From: Pseudomonadota bacterium
GTDB taxonomy: Bacteria > Pseudomonadota > Gammaproteobacteria > Burkholderiales > JABEVD01
Assembly (NCBI GenBank): GCA_021802655.1
Contig: JAJZRP010000001.1
Location: 24,882 to 88,881, forward strand
Length of the DNA: 64,000 nt
Direction: 5' to 3'
Shown: piece after piece, positions 47,748-60,996 of the stretch
Position numbering within the stretch: the first letter of the stretch is position 1
Layout of the letters: each line of letters begins with the position of its first letter
The notes under the pieces: model-generated
The model's database searches: none
What the model was told of the DNA's origin: nothing
Seen by the model: only the letters and a program-made list of their open reading frames with translations
Translations under genes and position numbers: made by a program

Positions 47748-48365
47748 ATGACTCTCGACGAATTCAAAAAACTGAATTTGAAAGACCCCGGCTCCTGGCC
47801 ATGGACGCCCAAAATGACGCTGCTCGGTGGCATATTGCTGCTGATCCTTATCCTTGGCTTTTTCCTGGACTGGAAAAGCCAGTGGGACGAACTCGATCAG
47901 GCCAAGCATGAAGAAGTGGAGCTGAAAAAAACTTTCCTCGAGAAAAAGAAGGTTGCCGTCAATCTGGAGTTTTACCAGCGGCAACTCAGGGAAATCGAAA
48001 AGTCCTTCGGAGCGCTCCTGAAGCAATTGCCCAATCGCTCTGAAATGGAGGCGCTTCTGGTCGACATCAACCAGGCCGGACTGGGTCGCGGACTGCAATT
48101 CGATCTCTTCAGACCGGCCCAAAAAGAAAATGTCACGGAATTTTATGCCGAGCTGCCCATCTCGATCAGGGTCACCGGAAACTATCACGACATCGGGGCG
48201 TTCGCCAGCGATCTCGCGCAACTGCCCCGCATCGTCACCCTGAGCGACATCAACATTGTCCCGGGCAAGGAAGGGCTTCTGACAATGGACGCTATTGTCA
48301 GGACTTACCGCTATCCGGACGAATCCGACCGGGGAAAGCAACCCATGCCGAAGGATAGGAAATGA
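47748..48365 (+). CDS. pilO: type IV pilus assembly protein PilO
   Basis: One TM helix (LLGGILLLILILGFF), a coiled coil, then the PilO core (LPISIRVTGNYHDIGAFASDLAQLPRIVTL). ATG 47748. The track ORF starts at TTG 47742, which overlaps the pilN stop. Confidence 0.88.
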   Translation: MTLDEFKKLNLKDPGSWPWTPKMTLLGGILLLILILGFFLDWKSQWDELDQAKHEEVELKKTFLEKKKVAVNLEFYQRQLREIEKSFGALLKQLPNRSEMEALLVDINQAGLGRGLQFDLFRPAQKENVTEFYAELPISIRVTGNYHDIGAFASDLAQLPRIVTLSDINIVPGKEGLLTMDAIVRTYRYPDESDRGKQPMPKDRK

Positions 48366-48868
48366 GGGCCGCACTGACGCTGATTCTCGTCCTCTCCCTT
48401 TCTGCCTGCGGTCAGAGCAAATTCAACGACCTCCAGGAATTCGTGAAAAATTCGGGAGCAAATCTGCGCGGCAAGGTCAAACCTCTTCCGGAAGTCAGGC
48501 CCTACGAGCCTTTCATTTACGACGATTTCGACCTGATAGATCCGTTCAATCCGAAAAAACTTGAGCTCTCGAGGACAGGGAAGGGCGGCGGACTGCAGCC
48601 TGATCCGAACCGGCGCAAGGAGGCCCTTGAATCATTTCCGCTTGAGGGACTGCAAATGGTCGGCACGATCCGGCAGGGTGACAACATCTATGCCCTGATC
48701 AAGGCTCCCGACAACACTCTGTACCGCGTCGCCAAGGGCAACCATATGGGCCAGAATTTCGGCAAAATAGTCGAAATTACTGAACAAACGATCAAGATTC
48801 GGGAACTCGTCCAGGACAGCACAGGGGACTGGTCCGAGAAAACCAGCACCCTGCAGTTGGTGAATTAA
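48362..48868 (+). CDS. pilP: type IV pilus assembly lipoprotein PilP
   Basis: ATGA overlap with pilO. Lipobox LSLSAC. LEGLQMVGTI...ALIKAPDNTLYRV. Confidence 0.88.
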   Translation: MRAALTLILVLSLSACGQSKFNDLQEFVKNSGANLRGKVKPLPEVRPYEPFIYDDFDLIDPFNPKKLELSRTGKGGGLQPDPNRRKEALESFPLEGLQMVGTIRQGDNIYALIKAPDNTLYRVAKGNHMGQNFGKIVEITEQTIKIRELVQDSTGDWSEKTSTLQLVN

Positions 48869-48879
48869 CAGGAGCCAAA

Positions 48880-50997
48880 ATGAAGCAGCGATTATTCACC
48901 CAGATTTTCGGCCTGATGCTGAGCCTGTCACTTTCCGTGGCAGCGGTGGCATCCAACAGCATCAATTCAGTCGGGGTGGTCAGCCTGGAGGGCGGCGGAC
49001 TCCTCGTCAAAATCGCTCTGAAACAAAAACTGCCATCCCCTCCCTCATCCTTTGCGATCAGCAATCCCGCACGCATCGCCTTTGATTTCAAGGACACTGC
49101 CAGTTCCGTCGACAAAAACACCGTCGAAGTCGGCAAGGGCGCCTTGACCAGCATCAACATCGTGCAGGCCGGCGAGCGCACCCGGCTGGTGATGAACCTC
49201 TCGCGCCCGGTCACTTACGAGTCAAAAATCGATGGCAACAACCTGCTCGTCACGCTCCATGCGGTCAGCGCAGGCACAGGAACCAGTTCAAGCACGCTTT
49301 TCGCAGCGCCCGAACCCGGGGATCAAACCCACGCCATTCGCGACATCGACTTCCACCGCGGCAAGAACGGGGAAGCCCGGGTCGAAGTCAATCTTTCCGA
49401 TGCGAACACAGGCATCGATGTCAGTCGGCAGGGTACGGGAATCGTCATACAATTCATCAAGACGAAACTGCCACGCAACCTTGAGCGCCGGCTCGACGTC
49501 GTCGACTTCGGAACGCCGGTCAATACCATCGACACCTATACGCAAGGCGACAACGTGAAAATGGTGATCGATCCCAGGGGCCTTTGGGAGCAGTCCGCCT
49601 ATCAAACGGACGACAAGTTCATTCTGGAAGTCAAACCTGTCGCCGTCGACCCCAACAAACTCGTCCAAGGCTCCAGGCCGGGCTATAGCGGCAACAAGCT
49701 TTCGCTCGATTTCAGGAACACCGATGTGCGCTCGCTGCTTTTCGCCATCGCCGACTTCACCGGCCTCAACATCGTCATCAGCGATACCGTTTCAGGAAAC
49801 CTGACCTTGCGGCTCAAGGACGTGCCGTGGGACCAGGCGCTCGACATCATCCTGGAGCAAAAGGGACTCGGCATGACCAAGGTCGGCAATGTCGTGATGA
49901 TCGCACCCAGGGCGGAAATCGCAGCCAGGGCGAAACTCGACCTGGAAGGCAAACAGAAGATCTCCGAACTCGAGGAAACCCGAACCGAAAGCATTCAGCT
50001 CAATTACCAGAAAGCCACCGACGTGCAGAAAATACTGGGCGACGAGAAGCAGCGGATACTTTCCAAACGGGGCAGCGTGGTGGTCGACCCGATCACGAAC
50101 ACCCTGTTCGTACAAGACACGCCTTCCAAACTCGATGAAGTCAGGCAATTCGTCCAGAAAATCGACACCCCCGTGCGGCAGGTCATGATCGAGGCCAGGA
50201 TTGTTGAAGCAACCAGCAACTTCGGCAGGAACCTCGGGGTGAAGTTGGGCTATTCGAATGCCACCCCAACCACACCGGCAACCGGATTCAATGGTCAGAA
50301 CCCCACCTTAACGCTCGGCGGAAATCCGGCCCTTGGCAGTGGCGGCTTTAGCAACGGTGTTGGGCTTCCGGCCAACAACACCAATGTCAACGTCCCTTTC
50401 TCCTCCCCGAGCATCCCGGGTGCACAAAGTACACCAGCTGGCGCGCTGTCTTTCCTGCTGTTCAATTCCTCTGCGACGAAGTTCCTCAATCTCGAAATCG
50501 ATGCGCTCGAAACCGACGGGACCGGCAAGATCATATCGAGCCCGCGCGTAGTGACTGCAAACAATGTCGAGGCCCTAATCGAATCGGGCCAGCAAATTCC
50601 CTATACTACGGCAACTGGAGGAGCGGTCGGTGTTCTGCCCGTGACGGCTTTTATCAGCGCCGTTTTGAGCCTCAAGGTGAAACCGCAGATCACCCCGAAT
50701 AACAACATCCTGATGGATCTCACTGTCACCCAGGACAGCGTATCCGGCACCGGAAATCCCCCGCCGATCAATACCAAAAAGATCCAGACCCAGGTCCTGG
50801 TCGACAACGGCGGCACGGTGGTGGTGGGCGGAATCCATACCCAGAACACCAGCAATACCGTCAACAAGGTCCCCCTGCTGGGCGACATTCCCTACCTGGG
50901 CGTCCTCTTCAGGGGTAATACGCAAATCGACCAGAAGGACGAGCTGCTGATATTCGTTTCGCCGAAAGTAATGCAAAACAGCCTCAACCAGCTTTGA
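48880..50997 (+). CDS. pilQ: type IV pilus secretin PilQ
   Basis: Signal peptide, two AMIN-like N-terminal domains, and a secretin C-terminus (VLVDNGGTVVVGGI...NKVPLLGDIPYLGVLFR...ELLIFVSPKV). Confidence 0.95.
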   Translation: MKQRLFTQIFGLMLSLSLSVAAVASNSINSVGVVSLEGGGLLVKIALKQKLPSPPSSFAISNPARIAFDFKDTASSVDKNTVEVGKGALTSINIVQAGERTRLVMNLSRPVTYESKIDGNNLLVTLHAVSAGTGTSSSTLFAAPEPGDQTHAIRDIDFHRGKNGEARVEVNLSDANTGIDVSRQGTGIVIQFIKTKLPRNLERRLDVVDFGTPVNTIDTYTQGDNVKMVIDPRGLWEQSAYQTDDKFILEVKPVAVDPNKLVQGSRPGYSGNKLSLDFRNTDVRSLLFAIADFTGLNIVISDTVSGNLTLRLKDVPWDQALDIILEQKGLGMTKVGNVVMIAPRAEIAARAKLDLEGKQKISELEETRTESIQLNYQKATDVQKILGDEKQRILSKRGSVVVDPITNTLFVQDTPSKLDEVRQFVQKIDTPVRQVMIEARIVEATSNFGRNLGVKLGYSNATPTTPATGFNGQNPTLTLGGNPALGSGGFSNGVGLPANNTNVNVPFSSPSIPGAQSTPAGALSFLLFNSSATKFLNLEIDALETDGTGKIISSPRVVTANNVEALIESGQQIPYTTATGGAVGVLPVTAFISAVLSLKVKPQITPNNNILMDLTVTQDSVSGTGNPPPINTKKIQTQVLVDNGGTVVVGGIHTQNTSNTVNKVPLLGDIPYLGVLFRGNTQIDQKDELLIFVSPKVMQNSLNQL

Positions 50998-51016
50998 AAT
51001 CAGGCTGGCCGGTTGA

Positions 51017-51541
51017 ATGGATGCTGTCGACAATATCTACCTGGTTGGCCTCATGGGCGCGGGAAAAACTACCGTGGGCAGAATGCTCGCCAAACAAACC
51101 GGAAAAGCATTTTACGATTCGGACCAGGAAATAAAAATCAGGACGGGAGTAAGCATTTCCCATATCTTCGAAGTGGAGGGCGAATCCGGATTCAGGATTC
51201 GCGAATCGGCCGTGCTTGAAGATCTGACCCGGTTGAAGAACATCGTTCTTGCAACCGGCGGGGGAGCGATACTTTCGAAAGAAAACCGGAAACTGCTGAA
51301 GGAACACGGAACCGTCATTTATCTGCGGGCATCCATTGGGGACCTTTGGGCAAGAACCCGCCACGACAAAAACAGGCCGCTGCTTCAAACGGAGGATCCG
51401 CATGCCAGGCTTGCCGAGCTTTTTGCCGCGCGAGACCCCCTCTATCGGGAAGTCGCCGACATCGTCGTCGACACCAGCAAACAGAGCGTCATCTGCCTGG
51501 TAAACCACATCCTGCAACTCATTGGAAAAAGAAAACCCTGA
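51017..51541 (+). CDS. aroK: shikimate kinase
   Basis: [31 protein letters not shown]. Confidence 0.93.
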   Translation: MDAVDNIYLVGLMGAGKTTVGRMLAKQTGKAFYDSDQEIKIRTGVSISHIFEVEGESGFRIRESAVLEDLTRLKNIVLATGGGAILSKENRKLLKEHGTVIYLRASIGDLWARTRHDKNRPLLQTEDPHARLAELFAARDPLYREVADIVVDTSKQSVICLVNHILQLIGKRKP

Positions 51542-51542
51542 A

Positions 51543-52622
51543 ATGCGTTCCCTGACAGTCGATCTTGACCATCGCAGCTATCCCATTCACATCGGCACGA
51601 ATTTGCTGGAAAGGGCGGATCTCCTTTTGCCCGCCCTTGCGCAGAAAAAAGCGGCCATCGTCACCAACACGACCGTCGCACCCCTTTACCTTGATCGACT
51701 GAGAAATACGCTGAGTGGGAAAGACATCGAAAGCATTCCGGTCATTCTTCCCGACGGCGAGCAATTCAAGAATTGGGAAACATTGAATCTGATCTACGAT
51801 GCCCTGCTGGGAAACCGGTGCGAGCGCAACACCACGATCATCGCGCTCGGGGGCGGCGTGATCGGGGACATTTCAGGCTTCGCGGCGGCCACCTATCTGC
51901 GCGGAGTTCCTTTCATCCAGGTGCCGACCACCCTGCTCGCCCAGGTCGATTCCTCCGTCGGTGGAAAAACCGCAATCAACCACCCCCTGGGGAAAAACAT
52001 GATCGGCGCCTTCTATCAGCCGAGGCTGGTCCTTGCCGACATCGACACCCTGAACACGCTCCCGGAAAGAGAGCTGAAGGCGGGCATTGCCGAAGTCATC
52101 AAATACGGCTTGATCCGGGATCTGCCTTTTTTCGAATGGCTGGAAAAAAACATGGAAGGGCTGCTCGGGCGCAATTCCGAAGTATTGAGTTACGCCATCT
52201 CGCGTTCCTGCGAGAACAAGGCCCTCGTCGTCGCTCGCGACGAAAGGGAATCCGGAGAGCGCGCCCTGCTCAACCTCGGACACACTTTCGGCCATGCCAT
52301 AGAAAACGCGATGGGCTACGGAAACTGGCTGCACGGCGAAGCTGTCGCTGCCGGGACGGTGCTTGCCGCGAAACTTTCCTTCGAACTGGGCATGTTGGAC
52401 GCGCCTGACGTCGAACGCATTACCCGCCTTTTCGAGCGCGCAGGACTCCCTATTGTCGCACCTGACATCGGAGCCGAGCGCTACCTTCAGCTCATGGAGC
52501 TCGACAAGAAAGTCGAGGGAGGAAAAATGCGCTTCGTCGTCCTGGAAAAAATAGGACAGGCCTGCGTCAAATCGGACATTACCCTCGAAGCCCTAACCCG
52601 TGTCCTCGAAACCCATGGCTGA
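51543..52622 (+). CDS. aroB: 3-dehydroquinate synthase
   Basis: ATG 51543 lies 1 nt after the aroK stop. [52 protein letters not shown]. Confidence 0.95.
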   Translation: MRSLTVDLDHRSYPIHIGTNLLERADLLLPALAQKKAAIVTNTTVAPLYLDRLRNTLSGKDIESIPVILPDGEQFKNWETLNLIYDALLGNRCERNTTIIALGGGVIGDISGFAAATYLRGVPFIQVPTTLLAQVDSSVGGKTAINHPLGKNMIGAFYQPRLVLADIDTLNTLPERELKAGIAEVIKYGLIRDLPFFEWLEKNMEGLLGRNSEVLSYAISRSCENKALVVARDERESGERALLNLGHTFGHAIENAMGYGNWLHGEAVAAGTVLAAKLSFELGMLDAPDVERITRLFERAGLPIVAPDIGAERYLQLMELDKKVEGGKMRFVVLEKIGQACVKSDITLEALTRVLETHG

Positions 52623-53748
52623 ACTTGCCCCTTACGCTGCCAACCCTGAAAGCAGCAGGGGCAGGCTCATTCCGGAAGGTCGTCCGGAAGGCCGCACCGA
52701 ATTTCAGCGGGATCGGGACAGGATCATCCACTCATCCGCATTCAGGCGACTGGAATACAAAACCCAGGTCTTCGTCAACCACGAAGGCGATCTTTTCAGA
52801 ACCCGCCTGACGCACAGCATCGAAGTTGCACAAATAGGCAGGTCCATAGCACGCAACCTTCAGCTCAATGAAGACCTCGTGGAAGCCATCTCGCTTGCAC
52901 ACGATCTCGGCCATACCCCCTTCGGGCATGCGGGGCAGGATGCGCTCAACGAATGCATGCAATCCCATGGCGGGTTCGAACACAACCTGCAGTCGTTGCG
53001 CGTCGTGGATCTCCTGGAAGAACGCTACGGGGCATTCGACGGACTCAACCTGAGCTTCGAGACACGGGAGGGGATACTCAAGCATTGTTCCGTAAAAAAT
53101 GCCGCTTTGCTGGGAGAAATCGGGGAGCGCTTCCTGCAAAAGAAGCAGCCCGGACTGGAAGCGCAGCTCGCCAACCTTGCCGACGAAATCGCCTACAACA
53201 ACCACGATGTCGACGACGGATTGCGCTCCGGCCTCATCACGCTCGACCAGCTCTCGTCGGTATCCATTTTCGCCAGGCATTTCGAAACGGCAAGAGCGGC
53301 CTATCCTGAAATTATGGGGCGACGGCTGATCCATGAAACCGTCCGCCGCATGATCAATTCCCAGGTCATCGACCTGACGCAGCAGAGCCTTTGCAACATC
53401 AGGTCGGCCATGCCGAAACACATCGATGAAGTGAGATTCTCGCCGCCGCTCATCGCCTTCAGCCCGGAAATGCGCGAAGCACAGCATGAACTCAAGCAGT
53501 TCCTGAGAACCCGTCTTTATCAGCACTACAAGGTCACGCGCATGAGCGTCAAGGCACGCCGCATCGTGTCCGATCTGTTCCATGCCTTCACCCAGGACAA
53601 CCGCCTCCTCCCGATCCAATTTCAGGAAAAGGTCGAAAAGGGGAGCGACATCATGCGCGTCACTGCAGACTACATCGCGGGAATGACCGACCGCTATGCC
53701 ATCCGGGAACACCGCCGCCTGTTCGCTGTCGAAGAAATCCCCTTTTGA
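52615..53748 (+). CDS. dgt: dGTP triphosphohydrolase-like HD-domain protein
   Basis: [53 protein letters not shown] 52615 overlaps the aroB end by 8 nt. GTG 52600 is an alternative start. Confidence 0.88.
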   Translation: MAELAPYAANPESSRGRLIPEGRPEGRTEFQRDRDRIIHSSAFRRLEYKTQVFVNHEGDLFRTRLTHSIEVAQIGRSIARNLQLNEDLVEAISLAHDLGHTPFGHAGQDALNECMQSHGGFEHNLQSLRVVDLLEERYGAFDGLNLSFETREGILKHCSVKNAALLGEIGERFLQKKQPGLEAQLANLADEIAYNNHDVDDGLRSGLITLDQLSSVSIFARHFETARAAYPEIMGRRLIHETVRRMINSQVIDLTQQSLCNIRSAMPKHIDEVRFSPPLIAFSPEMREAQHELKQFLRTRLYQHYKVTRMSVKARRIVSDLFHAFTQDNRLLPIQFQEKVEKGSDIMRVTADYIAGMTDRYAIREHRRLFAVEEIPF

Positions 53749-53757
53749 GGTTCGTGG

Positions 53758-53786
53758 TTGAAGTGATTCTGCGGAAAAGGTAGAAT
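53758..53786 (+). promoter_or_regulatory. sigma-70-type promoter for gltBD (TTGAAG-N17-TAGAAT)
   Basis: TTGAAG at 53758..53763, a 17-nt spacer, and TAGAAT at 53781..53786, about 80 nt upstream of the gltB start. Sequence match only. Confidence 0.45.
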
Positions 53787-53865
53787 CAAAAACTTTCCCT
53801 TGTGGATACGAGGGTTGTAGGGCCCACAGGCCCTGCTTTCGATAGCTTATTGAAAGAGGTAGAAC

Positions 53866-56800
53866 TTGAGCCACTTGACGTTGCCGGGAAGGCAGGGTTT
53901 GTACGATCCAGGTTTCGAGCACGATGCGTGCGGCGTGGGCTTTATCGCCCATATCAAGGGCATTAAAAGCCACAGCATCGTCAGCCAGGGGCTTCAAATT
54001 CTCAAGAATCTCACCCACAGGGGCGCGACGGGAGCCGACCCTCTGGCAGGCGACGGTGCCGGGATACTGATCCAGATTCCGGATGCCTTTTTCAGGCAGC
54101 AATGCAATTTTACCCTTCCGTCCCCGGGCGAATATGGGGTCGGCATGCTTTTCCTGCCCAGGAACGAAGTAGCCAGAGCGTCCTGCGAAACAATCATTGC
54201 CCGGCATATCGCAGCAGAGGGCCAATCCCTGCTCGGCTGGCGCGACGTGCCCACCGAAAACGCGGGACTCGGGGAAGGGGTCAGGAAAGTGGAACCCTTC
54301 GTCCGCCAGGTTTTCATAGGAAGCGCCTGCAAGGACTCGAACAGCTTCGAGCGCCGCCTTTTCGTCATCCGCAAGAGCATCGAGCATGCAGTGAAAAAGC
54401 TGGCCCTTGAAGAAGCCTTCTACATCCCTTCGATGTCATCGAGAACCCTTGTTTACAAGGGGATGCTTCTGGCCGACCAGGTGGGGGAATATTATCCCGA
54501 CCTCCGGGACGAAGGCGTCGTATCGGCGCTCGCCCTTGTGCATCAGCGCTTCTCGACCAACACTTTCCCGACATGGGATCTCGCCCATCCTTTCAGGATG
54601 ATCGCGCACAACGGCGAAATCAACACCATGCGCGGCAATGTCAACTGGATGACCGCGCGTCACGAAGCGATGTCTTCCCCGATACTGGGGGAGGACCTCG
54701 AAAAAATCTGGCCGCTGATCGTCGAAGGGCAGTCCGATTCCGCCTGCTTCGACAATGCGCTCGAACTGCTCGTCGCAGGAGGCTACTCCCTCGCTCATGC
54801 GATGATGATGCTGATTCCGGAGGCCTGGGCCGGCAATCCGCTGATGGACGAGGAAAGGCGCGCCTTCTACGAATACCATGCCGCGCTGATGGAGCCGTGG
54901 GACGGCCCGGCTGCGGTCGCCTTCACCGACGGCAGACAGATCGGAGCGACGCTGGACAGGAATGGCCTCCGGCCCGCGCGCTATTTGATCACCGACAACG
55001 ACCTCGTGGTCATGGCTTCCGAAATGGGTGTGCTGAACATCCCCCAAAGCAGCATCGTCAAGAAATGGCGCCTGCAGCCCGGGAAAATGTTCCTGATCGA
55101 CCTCGAGGCAGGCCGCATCATCGACGACCAGGAAATCAAGGATACGCTTGCCGCCCAAAAACCCTACGGGAAATGGCTGGACAAATCCAGGCTCCTGCTC
55201 TCGGATCTGCCCGAAGTCGAATCCGAAACAGGCTTCACGGCTACGCTTCTCGACCGTCAGCAGGCCTTCGATTACACCCAGGAAGACATCAAGTTCCTGA
55301 TGCAGCCTATGGCTGCGACAGGTCAGGAAGCAACAGGCTCCATGGGGAACGATTCGCCGCTCGCAGTGATGTCGAACAAGCTCAAGCCCATTTACAATTA
55401 CTTCAAACAGCTTTTCGCCCAAGTCACGAACCCGCCGATCGATCCGATCAGGGAAGAACTGGTGATGTCTCTGGTTTCCTTCATCGGACCCAGGCCCAAT
55501 CTGCTCGGCGTGGAAGACACCGAGCCCCAGCCGAGGCTGGAAGTGAGCCAGCCCGTCCTTTCGACTGCCGATTTTGAAAAAATCAGGAAAATTTCCGATT
55601 TGACAAATGGCCGCTTCGTCTCCCGTGTCCTCGACATCTGCTACCCGTCCAGTCAGGGCGCTGCTGGAATGGAAGCCGCCCTTGCCGCGCTTTGCGATGC
55701 CGCAGAAAAATCGGTGCGCGAAGGCATCACCATCCTGATTCTTTCCGACCGGGCCGTGAATGAAAAGCACATCCCCATTCCGGCTCTGCTGGCCACCTCA
55801 AGCGTGCATCACCATCTCGTCAGGACAGGCCTGAGAACCAGCGCAGGGCTGGTCGTCGACACCGGCTCCGCGCGCGAAGTGCACCATTTCGCGCTGCTTG
55901 CAGGGTACGGGGCTGAAGCCGTCCATCCCTGGCTCGCTTTCGAGACCATCGCGAACATGACGGAACTTCTTCCCGGAGACCTTTCCGCCAGCGAGGCGAA
56001 AAAGCGCTTCATCAAGGCCGTATCGAAAGGGCTTTTGAAAGTCATGTCCAAGATGGGCATTTCGACCTACCAGTCCTATTGCGGCGCCCAGATTTTCGAA
56101 GCCGTCGGGTTGAATTCCGCATTCATCCAGCGCTATTTCCCGGGTACGTCCAGCAAGGTGGAAGGCATCGGCCTTGCCGAGGTTGCTGAAGAAGCAGCCG
56201 AAATCCATCGCCTCGCCTTCGGTGACTCCCCGTTGTACGAAAACGCGCTCGATGTCGGCGGCGAATATGCCTTCAGGATCCGGGGAGAAGCCCATATGTG
56301 GACCCCGGAGAGCATCTCCAAGCTGCAGCATGCAACCCGCTCCGGCAATTTCAAGACCTACAAGGAATATGCCAAGCTCATCAACGACCAGAGCGAACAG
56401 TTGATGACCTTGCGCGGGCTTTTCGATATCCGGACCGGCAACCCCATTCCCCTGGATGAAGTCGAGCCTGCGAAGGAAATCGTCAAGCGCTTCGCCACCG
56501 GCGCAATGTCTCTCGGCTCCATTTCCAAGGAAGCGCACAGCACGCTGGCGATCGCCATGAACCGGATTGGCGGCAAATCCAACACCGGCGAGGGCGGCGA
56601 AGATCCCGTCAGGTTCAAGCCCCTGCCCAACGGCGATTCGATGCGCTCCGCCATCAAGCAAATCGCCGCAGGCCGTTTCGGCGTCAGCGCGGAATACCTG
56701 GTCAATGCCGACCAGTTGCAGATCAAGATGGCCCAGGGAGCGAAGCCGGGAGAAGGCGGACAGCTGCCCGGACACAAGGTGAGCGAATATATCGCCAAAT

Positions 56801-58455
56801 TGCGCCATTCCGTTCCCGGGGTCGGGCTGATTTCCCCCCCCCCTCATCACGACATCTATTCGATCGAGGACCTCGCCCAGCTGATCCACGATCTCAAAAA
56901 CGTCAATCCCGAAGCGAGCGTCAGCGTCAAGCTGGTGTCCGAAGTCGGTGTGGGCACCGTCGCGGCGGGGGTCGCCAAGGCGAAAGCCGACCATATCACG
57001 ATCTCCGGCTACGACGGCGGAACCGGCGCAAGCCCCCTGAGCTCGGTCAAGCATGCCGGAACGCCCTGGGAGCTCGGGCTTTCGGAAACACAGCAGACCC
57101 TGGTATTGAACCGTTTGCGCGGGCGGGTCGCCGTACAGGTGGACGGCCAGATGAAAACCGGAAGGGACGTGCTGATCGGCGCGCTGCTGGGCGCGGACGA
57201 ATTCGGTTTTGCAACCGCGCCGCTCGTGGTGGAAGGCTGCATCATGATGCGCAAATGCCATCTCAACACCTGCCCGGTCGGAGTGGCCACCCAGGATGAA
57301 GCGTTGCGCAAGAAATTCACCGGTCAGCCCGAGCATGTCGTCAATTATTTCTTTTTCGTCGCCGAGGAAGTGCGCGAATACATGGCCAGCATGGGTATCA
57401 GGAAATTCGACGAACTCATCGGAAGAACCGACCTGATCGATGTACGTCGCGCCGTCAACCACTGGAAGGCGAAGGGGCTGAATTTCTCCAAAGTGCTTCA
57501 TCAGCCCGATGTCCCTGCGAATGTTGCGCGCCATCATCAAGAATACCAGGATCACGGCATAGACAAGGCCCTCGACCACAAGCTCATCCGCGAAGCGAGC
57601 GCTGCGATCGAGAACCGCACGCAAGTCAAAATCGAGACTGAAATCTGCAATGTCAACCGTTCCGCAGGAGCCATGCTTTCCGGCAAGGTGGCGAAGCATC
57701 ACGGTCATGCCGGGCTTCCCGACGACACTATCCACGTGAAGTTCAGGGGAACGGCAGGACAAAGCTTCGGTGCCTTCCTGGCTGCAGGAATCACCTTCGA
57801 ACTCGAAGGCGACGGCAACGACTATGTCGGGAAAGGTCTTTCAGGCGGCAGGATCGTGATCTATCCCGACGGCGAATGCAAAATCGTGCCCGAAGAGAAC
57901 ATCATCGCCGGCAACACCGTGCTTTACGGTGCGATCAGCGGGGAAGCCTACTTCAGGGGCGTTGCCGGAGAGCGCTTCGCAGTGCGGAATTCCGGCTGCA
58001 CCGCTGTCGTCGAAGGCGTGGGGGACCACGGCTGCGAATACATGACGGGCGGGGTCGTCGTGGTCCTCGGACAAACCGGGCGCAATTTCGCCGCCGGGAT
58101 GAGCGGGGGCATCGCCTACGTGCTCGACGAGCAGAACAACTTCGAGCAGCGCTGCAACTTGGCCATGGTCGAACTCGAACCGGTTCCCGAAGAAGAAGCC
58201 ACTCTGGACGCCACCCAGCAGGGAGAACTCGAGTCCCATGGAAAAGTCCGCGTGAATCATCTGGGGCAAAGCGACGAAGCGCTGCTGCGCAAGCTGATTT
58301 CGAACCATTTCACCCACACGGGAAGCGCAAGGGCTCGGGCCATACTCGACAACTGGGCACAATACCTGCCCAAATTCGTCAAAGTCATGCCGACCGAATA
58401 CAGGCGTGCGCTTGCCGAAATGGGAAACAAAAAAGCCGTACTGGAGTCTGCGTAA
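53866..58455 (+). CDS. gltB: glutamate synthase (NADPH) large subunit
   Basis: TTG start after AGAGGT. Ntn-amidotransferase Cys in [12 protein letters not shown], plus FMN/3Fe-4S and GXGXG C-terminal domains. 1529 aa. Confidence 0.97.
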   Translation: MSHLTLPGRQGLYDPGFEHDACGVGFIAHIKGIKSHSIVSQGLQILKNLTHRGATGADPLAGDGAGILIQIPDAFFRQQCNFTLPSPGEYGVGMLFLPRNEVARASCETIIARHIAAEGQSLLGWRDVPTENAGLGEGVRKVEPFVRQVFIGSACKDSNSFERRLFVIRKSIEHAVKKLALEEAFYIPSMSSRTLVYKGMLLADQVGEYYPDLRDEGVVSALALVHQRFSTNTFPTWDLAHPFRMIAHNGEINTMRGNVNWMTARHEAMSSPILGEDLEKIWPLIVEGQSDSACFDNALELLVAGGYSLAHAMMMLIPEAWAGNPLMDEERRAFYEYHAALMEPWDGPAAVAFTDGRQIGATLDRNGLRPARYLITDNDLVVMASEMGVLNIPQSSIVKKWRLQPGKMFLIDLEAGRIIDDQEIKDTLAAQKPYGKWLDKSRLLLSDLPEVESETGFTATLLDRQQAFDYTQEDIKFLMQPMAATGQEATGSMGNDSPLAVMSNKLKPIYNYFKQLFAQVTNPPIDPIREELVMSLVSFIGPRPNLLGVEDTEPQPRLEVSQPVLSTADFEKIRKISDLTNGRFVSRVLDICYPSSQGAAGMEAALAALCDAAEKSVREGITILILSDRAVNEKHIPIPALLATSSVHHHLVRTGLRTSAGLVVDTGSAREVHHFALLAGYGAEAVHPWLAFETIANMTELLPGDLSASEAKKRFIKAVSKGLLKVMSKMGISTYQSYCGAQIFEAVGLNSAFIQRYFPGTSSKVEGIGLAEVAEEAAEIHRLAFGDSPLYENALDVGGEYAFRIRGEAHMWTPESISKLQHATRSGNFKTYKEYAKLINDQSEQLMTLRGLFDIRTGNPIPLDEVEPAKEIVKRFATGAMSLGSISKEAHSTLAIAMNRIGGKSNTGEGGEDPVRFKPLPNGDSMRSAIKQIAAGRFGVSAEYLVNADQLQIKMAQGAKPGEGGQLPGHKVSEYIAKLRHSVPGVGLISPPPHHDIYSIEDLAQLIHDLKNVNPEASVSVKLVSEVGVGTVAAGVAKAKADHITISGYDGGTGASPLSSVKHAGTPWELGLSETQQTLVLNRLRGRVAVQVDGQMKTGRDVLIGALLGADEFGFATAPLVVEGCIMMRKCHLNTCPVGVATQDEALRKKFTGQPEHVVNYFFFVAEEVREYMASMGIRKFDELIGRTDLIDVRRAVNHWKAKGLNFSKVLHQPDVPANVARHHQEYQDHGIDKALDHKLIREASAAIENRTQVKIETEICNVNRSAGAMLSGKVAKHHGHAGLPDDTIHVKFRGTAGQSFGAFLAAGITFELEGDGNDYVGKGLSGGRIVIYPDGECKIVPEENIIAGNTVLYGAISGEAYFRGVAGERFAVRNSGCTAVVEGVGDHGCEYMTGGVVVVLGQTGRNFAAGMSGGIAYVLDEQNNFEQRCNLAMVELEPVPEEEATLDATQQGELESHGKVRVNHLGQSDEALLRKLISNHFTHTGSARARAILDNWAQYLPKFVKVMPTEYRRALAEMGNKKAVLESA

Positions 58456-59891
58456 TGGGCAAACCGACAGGATTCATGGAAATCAAACGCGCCAACGAAC
58501 CGGCCTCTCCGGTGGAGGAGCGCATCCGCCATTACCACGAATTTGTTTCTCCCCTTCCCGAAGATGCAATGCGCCAGCAAGGCGCGCGGTGCATGGATTG
58601 CGGCATTCCCTTCTGCCATTCGGGATGCCCGGTGAACAACATCATTCCGGACTGGAACGATCTCGTCTATAAAGGCCGCTGGAAGGAAGCCATTGCGGTA
58701 CTGCATTCCACCAACAATTTTCCCGATTTCACCGGAAGAATCTGCCCCGCCCCATGCGAGGCGGCCTGCACGCTGAACATCAACGACGATGCCGTGGCGA
58801 TCAAATCGATCGAGCATGCCATCATCGACAGGGCATGGGAGGAAGGCTGGGTCGAGCCCCAGATCCCGCATCGGAAAACCGGCAGGAAAGTCGCGGTTGT
58901 CGGCTCTGGCCCCGCAGGCCTCGCCTGCTCGCAGCAGCTTGCACGGGCAGGACATGACGTCACCCTATTCGAAAAGAATGACAGGATAGGCGGCCTGCTG
59001 CGTTACGGCATTCCCGATTTCAAAATGGAAAAGCGGCATATCGACCGGCGCATGGAACAGATGAAGCTGGAAGGCGTGGAGTTCAGGGTCAACCAGCATG
59101 TCGGCGTCGATTTTCCCGCGAAGCAACTGGCAGAAGAATACGATGCCGTGGTGTTGACCGGAGGGAGCGAAGCCCCCCGCGATCTTCCCATCCCCGGAAG
59201 GGAACTCGACGGCGTGCATTTCGCCCTCGATTTCCTCATCCCGCAGAACAGGAAAAATGCAGGCGACGAACTGCCGGGCCAGATATCGGCGAAGGGAAAA
59301 CATGTCATCGTCATAGGCGGAGGAGACACCGGGTCCGATTGCGTCGGAACCTCGATCAGGCAGGGCGCACGCTCCGTCACCCAGCTTGAAGTCATGCCGA
59401 AGCCGCCGGTTCAGGAAAACAGGCCGCTCACCTGGCCAAACTGGCCGATGAAACTGCGCACCTCCAGCTCCCAGGAAGAAGGCTGCGAGCGCGAGTGGAG
59501 CGTCGTCACGAAATATTTCAGCGGGCGCGACGGAAAAGTCGAAAAGCTGCACGGCATTCGCGTCGAATGGGTTCCCGACGACAGGGGCGGCATGAAGATG
59601 CAGGAAATTCCCGGGTCTGAATTCGAACTCGAAGCCGATCTCGTGCTGCTTGCCATGGGTTATCTGCATCCCGTGCATGCCGGCATGCTCGCCGAGCTCG
59701 GCGTCGAACTCGATTCCCGCGGCAACGTGCAGGCGGACACGTTGCAATACCAGACCTCCGTTCCCAAGATTTTCTCGGCGGGAGACATGCGCCGGGGGCA
59801 ATCGCTCGTAGTCTGGGCCATCCGGGAAGGGCGGCAGGCAGCCCGATCCGTCGACGAATTTCTCATGGGGCATTCCGAGCTTCCCAGATGA
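58455..59891 (+). CDS. gltD: glutamate synthase (NADPH) small subunit
   Basis: The ATG shares its A with the gltB TAA (TAATG). [10 protein letters not shown]...GCPVNN Fe-S motifs and [12 protein letters not shown] and [11 protein letters not shown] dinucleotide folds. 478 aa. Confidence 0.96.
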   Translation: MGKPTGFMEIKRANEPASPVEERIRHYHEFVSPLPEDAMRQQGARCMDCGIPFCHSGCPVNNIIPDWNDLVYKGRWKEAIAVLHSTNNFPDFTGRICPAPCEAACTLNINDDAVAIKSIEHAIIDRAWEEGWVEPQIPHRKTGRKVAVVGSGPAGLACSQQLARAGHDVTLFEKNDRIGGLLRYGIPDFKMEKRHIDRRMEQMKLEGVEFRVNQHVGVDFPAKQLAEEYDAVVLTGGSEAPRDLPIPGRELDGVHFALDFLIPQNRKNAGDELPGQISAKGKHVIVIGGGDTGSDCVGTSIRQGARSVTQLEVMPKPPVQENRPLTWPNWPMKLRTSSSQEEGCEREWSVVTKYFSGRDGKVEKLHGIRVEWVPDDRGGMKMQEIPGSEFELEADLVLLAMGYLHPVHAGMLAELGVELDSRGNVQADTLQYQTSVPKIFSAGDMRRGQSLVVWAIREGRQAARSVDEFLMGHSELPR

Positions 59892-59907
59892 CCAACCGGC
59901 AAATCAA

Positions 59908-60984
59908 ATGACCCAACTCAAGAACGATACCTTCATCCGTGCGCTGCTGCGGGAGCCCGTACCCTACACGCCCGTCTGGATGATGCGGCAGGCCGGGCGC
60001 TACCTGCCCGAATACAACCAGACGCGAGCCCGCGCCGGGAGCTTTCTTTCGCTTTGCAAGAATCCCGACCTGGCAACCGAAGTGACGCTGCAGCCGCTCG
60101 CCCGATTTCCCCTGGATGCGGCCATCCTTTTCTCGGACATCCTGACCGTCCCGGATGCGATGGGACTGGGACTTTATTTCGCGGAGGGAGAGGGTCCGAA
60201 ATTCGAGCGCCCGCTGCGGGATGAATGGGAAATCAAGAACCTGGCGGTGCCCGATCCTTCCGCCCATCTGGGTTATGTCATGGATGCGGTCAGCCAGATC
60301 CGCAAGGCGCTGGCGGGTTCCGTCCCCCTGATCGGTTTTTCCGGAAGCCCCTTCACCCTGGCCTGCTACATGATCGAAGGCGGCAGCAGCAGCGACTTTC
60401 TTCACACCAAGACGATGCTCTATCGCAGGCCAGATCTGCTGCATCATATCCTTGAAATCAACGCCCGGGCCGTCGCAGCTTATCTCAACGCCCAAATCGA
60501 GCAGGGCGCCCAGGCAGTGATGATTTTCGATTCGTGGGGCGGGGCATTGTCGGAATCGGCCTATGCCGAATTCTCGCTCGCCTATCTGGAAAAGATCGTC
60601 GCCTCCCTGCACAAGACCCGGGGCGGCGCCAGAATTCCGAACATCGTTTTCACCAAGGGCGGCGGCCTCTGGATAGAAAAGATCGCTTCCATAGGATGCG
60701 ATGCGGTGGGGCTCGACTGGACGATGGATATCGGCAAGGCGCGTCGCCTGGTCGGTGACAGGGTCGCATTGCAGGGCAATCTCGATCCCTTCGTGCTGTT
60801 CTCCAGCCCGGAGAGTATCGTCAGGGAGACCGAAAAAGTGCTGGAAAGCTTCGGGCATGGCAGCGGGCATATTTTCAACCTGGGCCATGGTATTTCCCAA
60901 TATACCGACCCTGCAAATGCCGGGCTGATGATCGAAACCGTCCATTCTTCAAGCCGGAAATACCACGAGGTCGCCTCCCAGTAG
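59908..60984 (+). CDS. hemE: uroporphyrinogen decarboxylase
   Basis: [62 protein letters not shown]. Confidence 0.96.
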   Translation: MTQLKNDTFIRALLREPVPYTPVWMMRQAGRYLPEYNQTRARAGSFLSLCKNPDLATEVTLQPLARFPLDAAILFSDILTVPDAMGLGLYFAEGEGPKFERPLRDEWEIKNLAVPDPSAHLGYVMDAVSQIRKALAGSVPLIGFSGSPFTLACYMIEGGSSSDFLHTKTMLYRRPDLLHHILEINARAVAAYLNAQIEQGAQAVMIFDSWGGALSESAYAEFSLAYLEKIVASLHKTRGGARIPNIVFTKGGGLWIEKIASIGCDAVGLDWTMDIGKARRLVGDRVALQGNLDPFVLFSSPESIVRETEKVLESFGHGSGHIFNLGHGISQYTDPANAGLMIETVHSSSRKYHEVASQ

Positions 60985-60996
60985 GGAGGCCTTTTC
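60973..60996 (+). terminator. rho-independent terminator of hemE
   Basis: GCCTCCC (60973..60979) / GGGAGGC (60984..60990), 4-nt loop AGTA, followed by CTTTTCC. The hemE TAG stop (60982..60984) spans the last two loop nucleotides and the first base of the 3' arm. Confidence 0.6.
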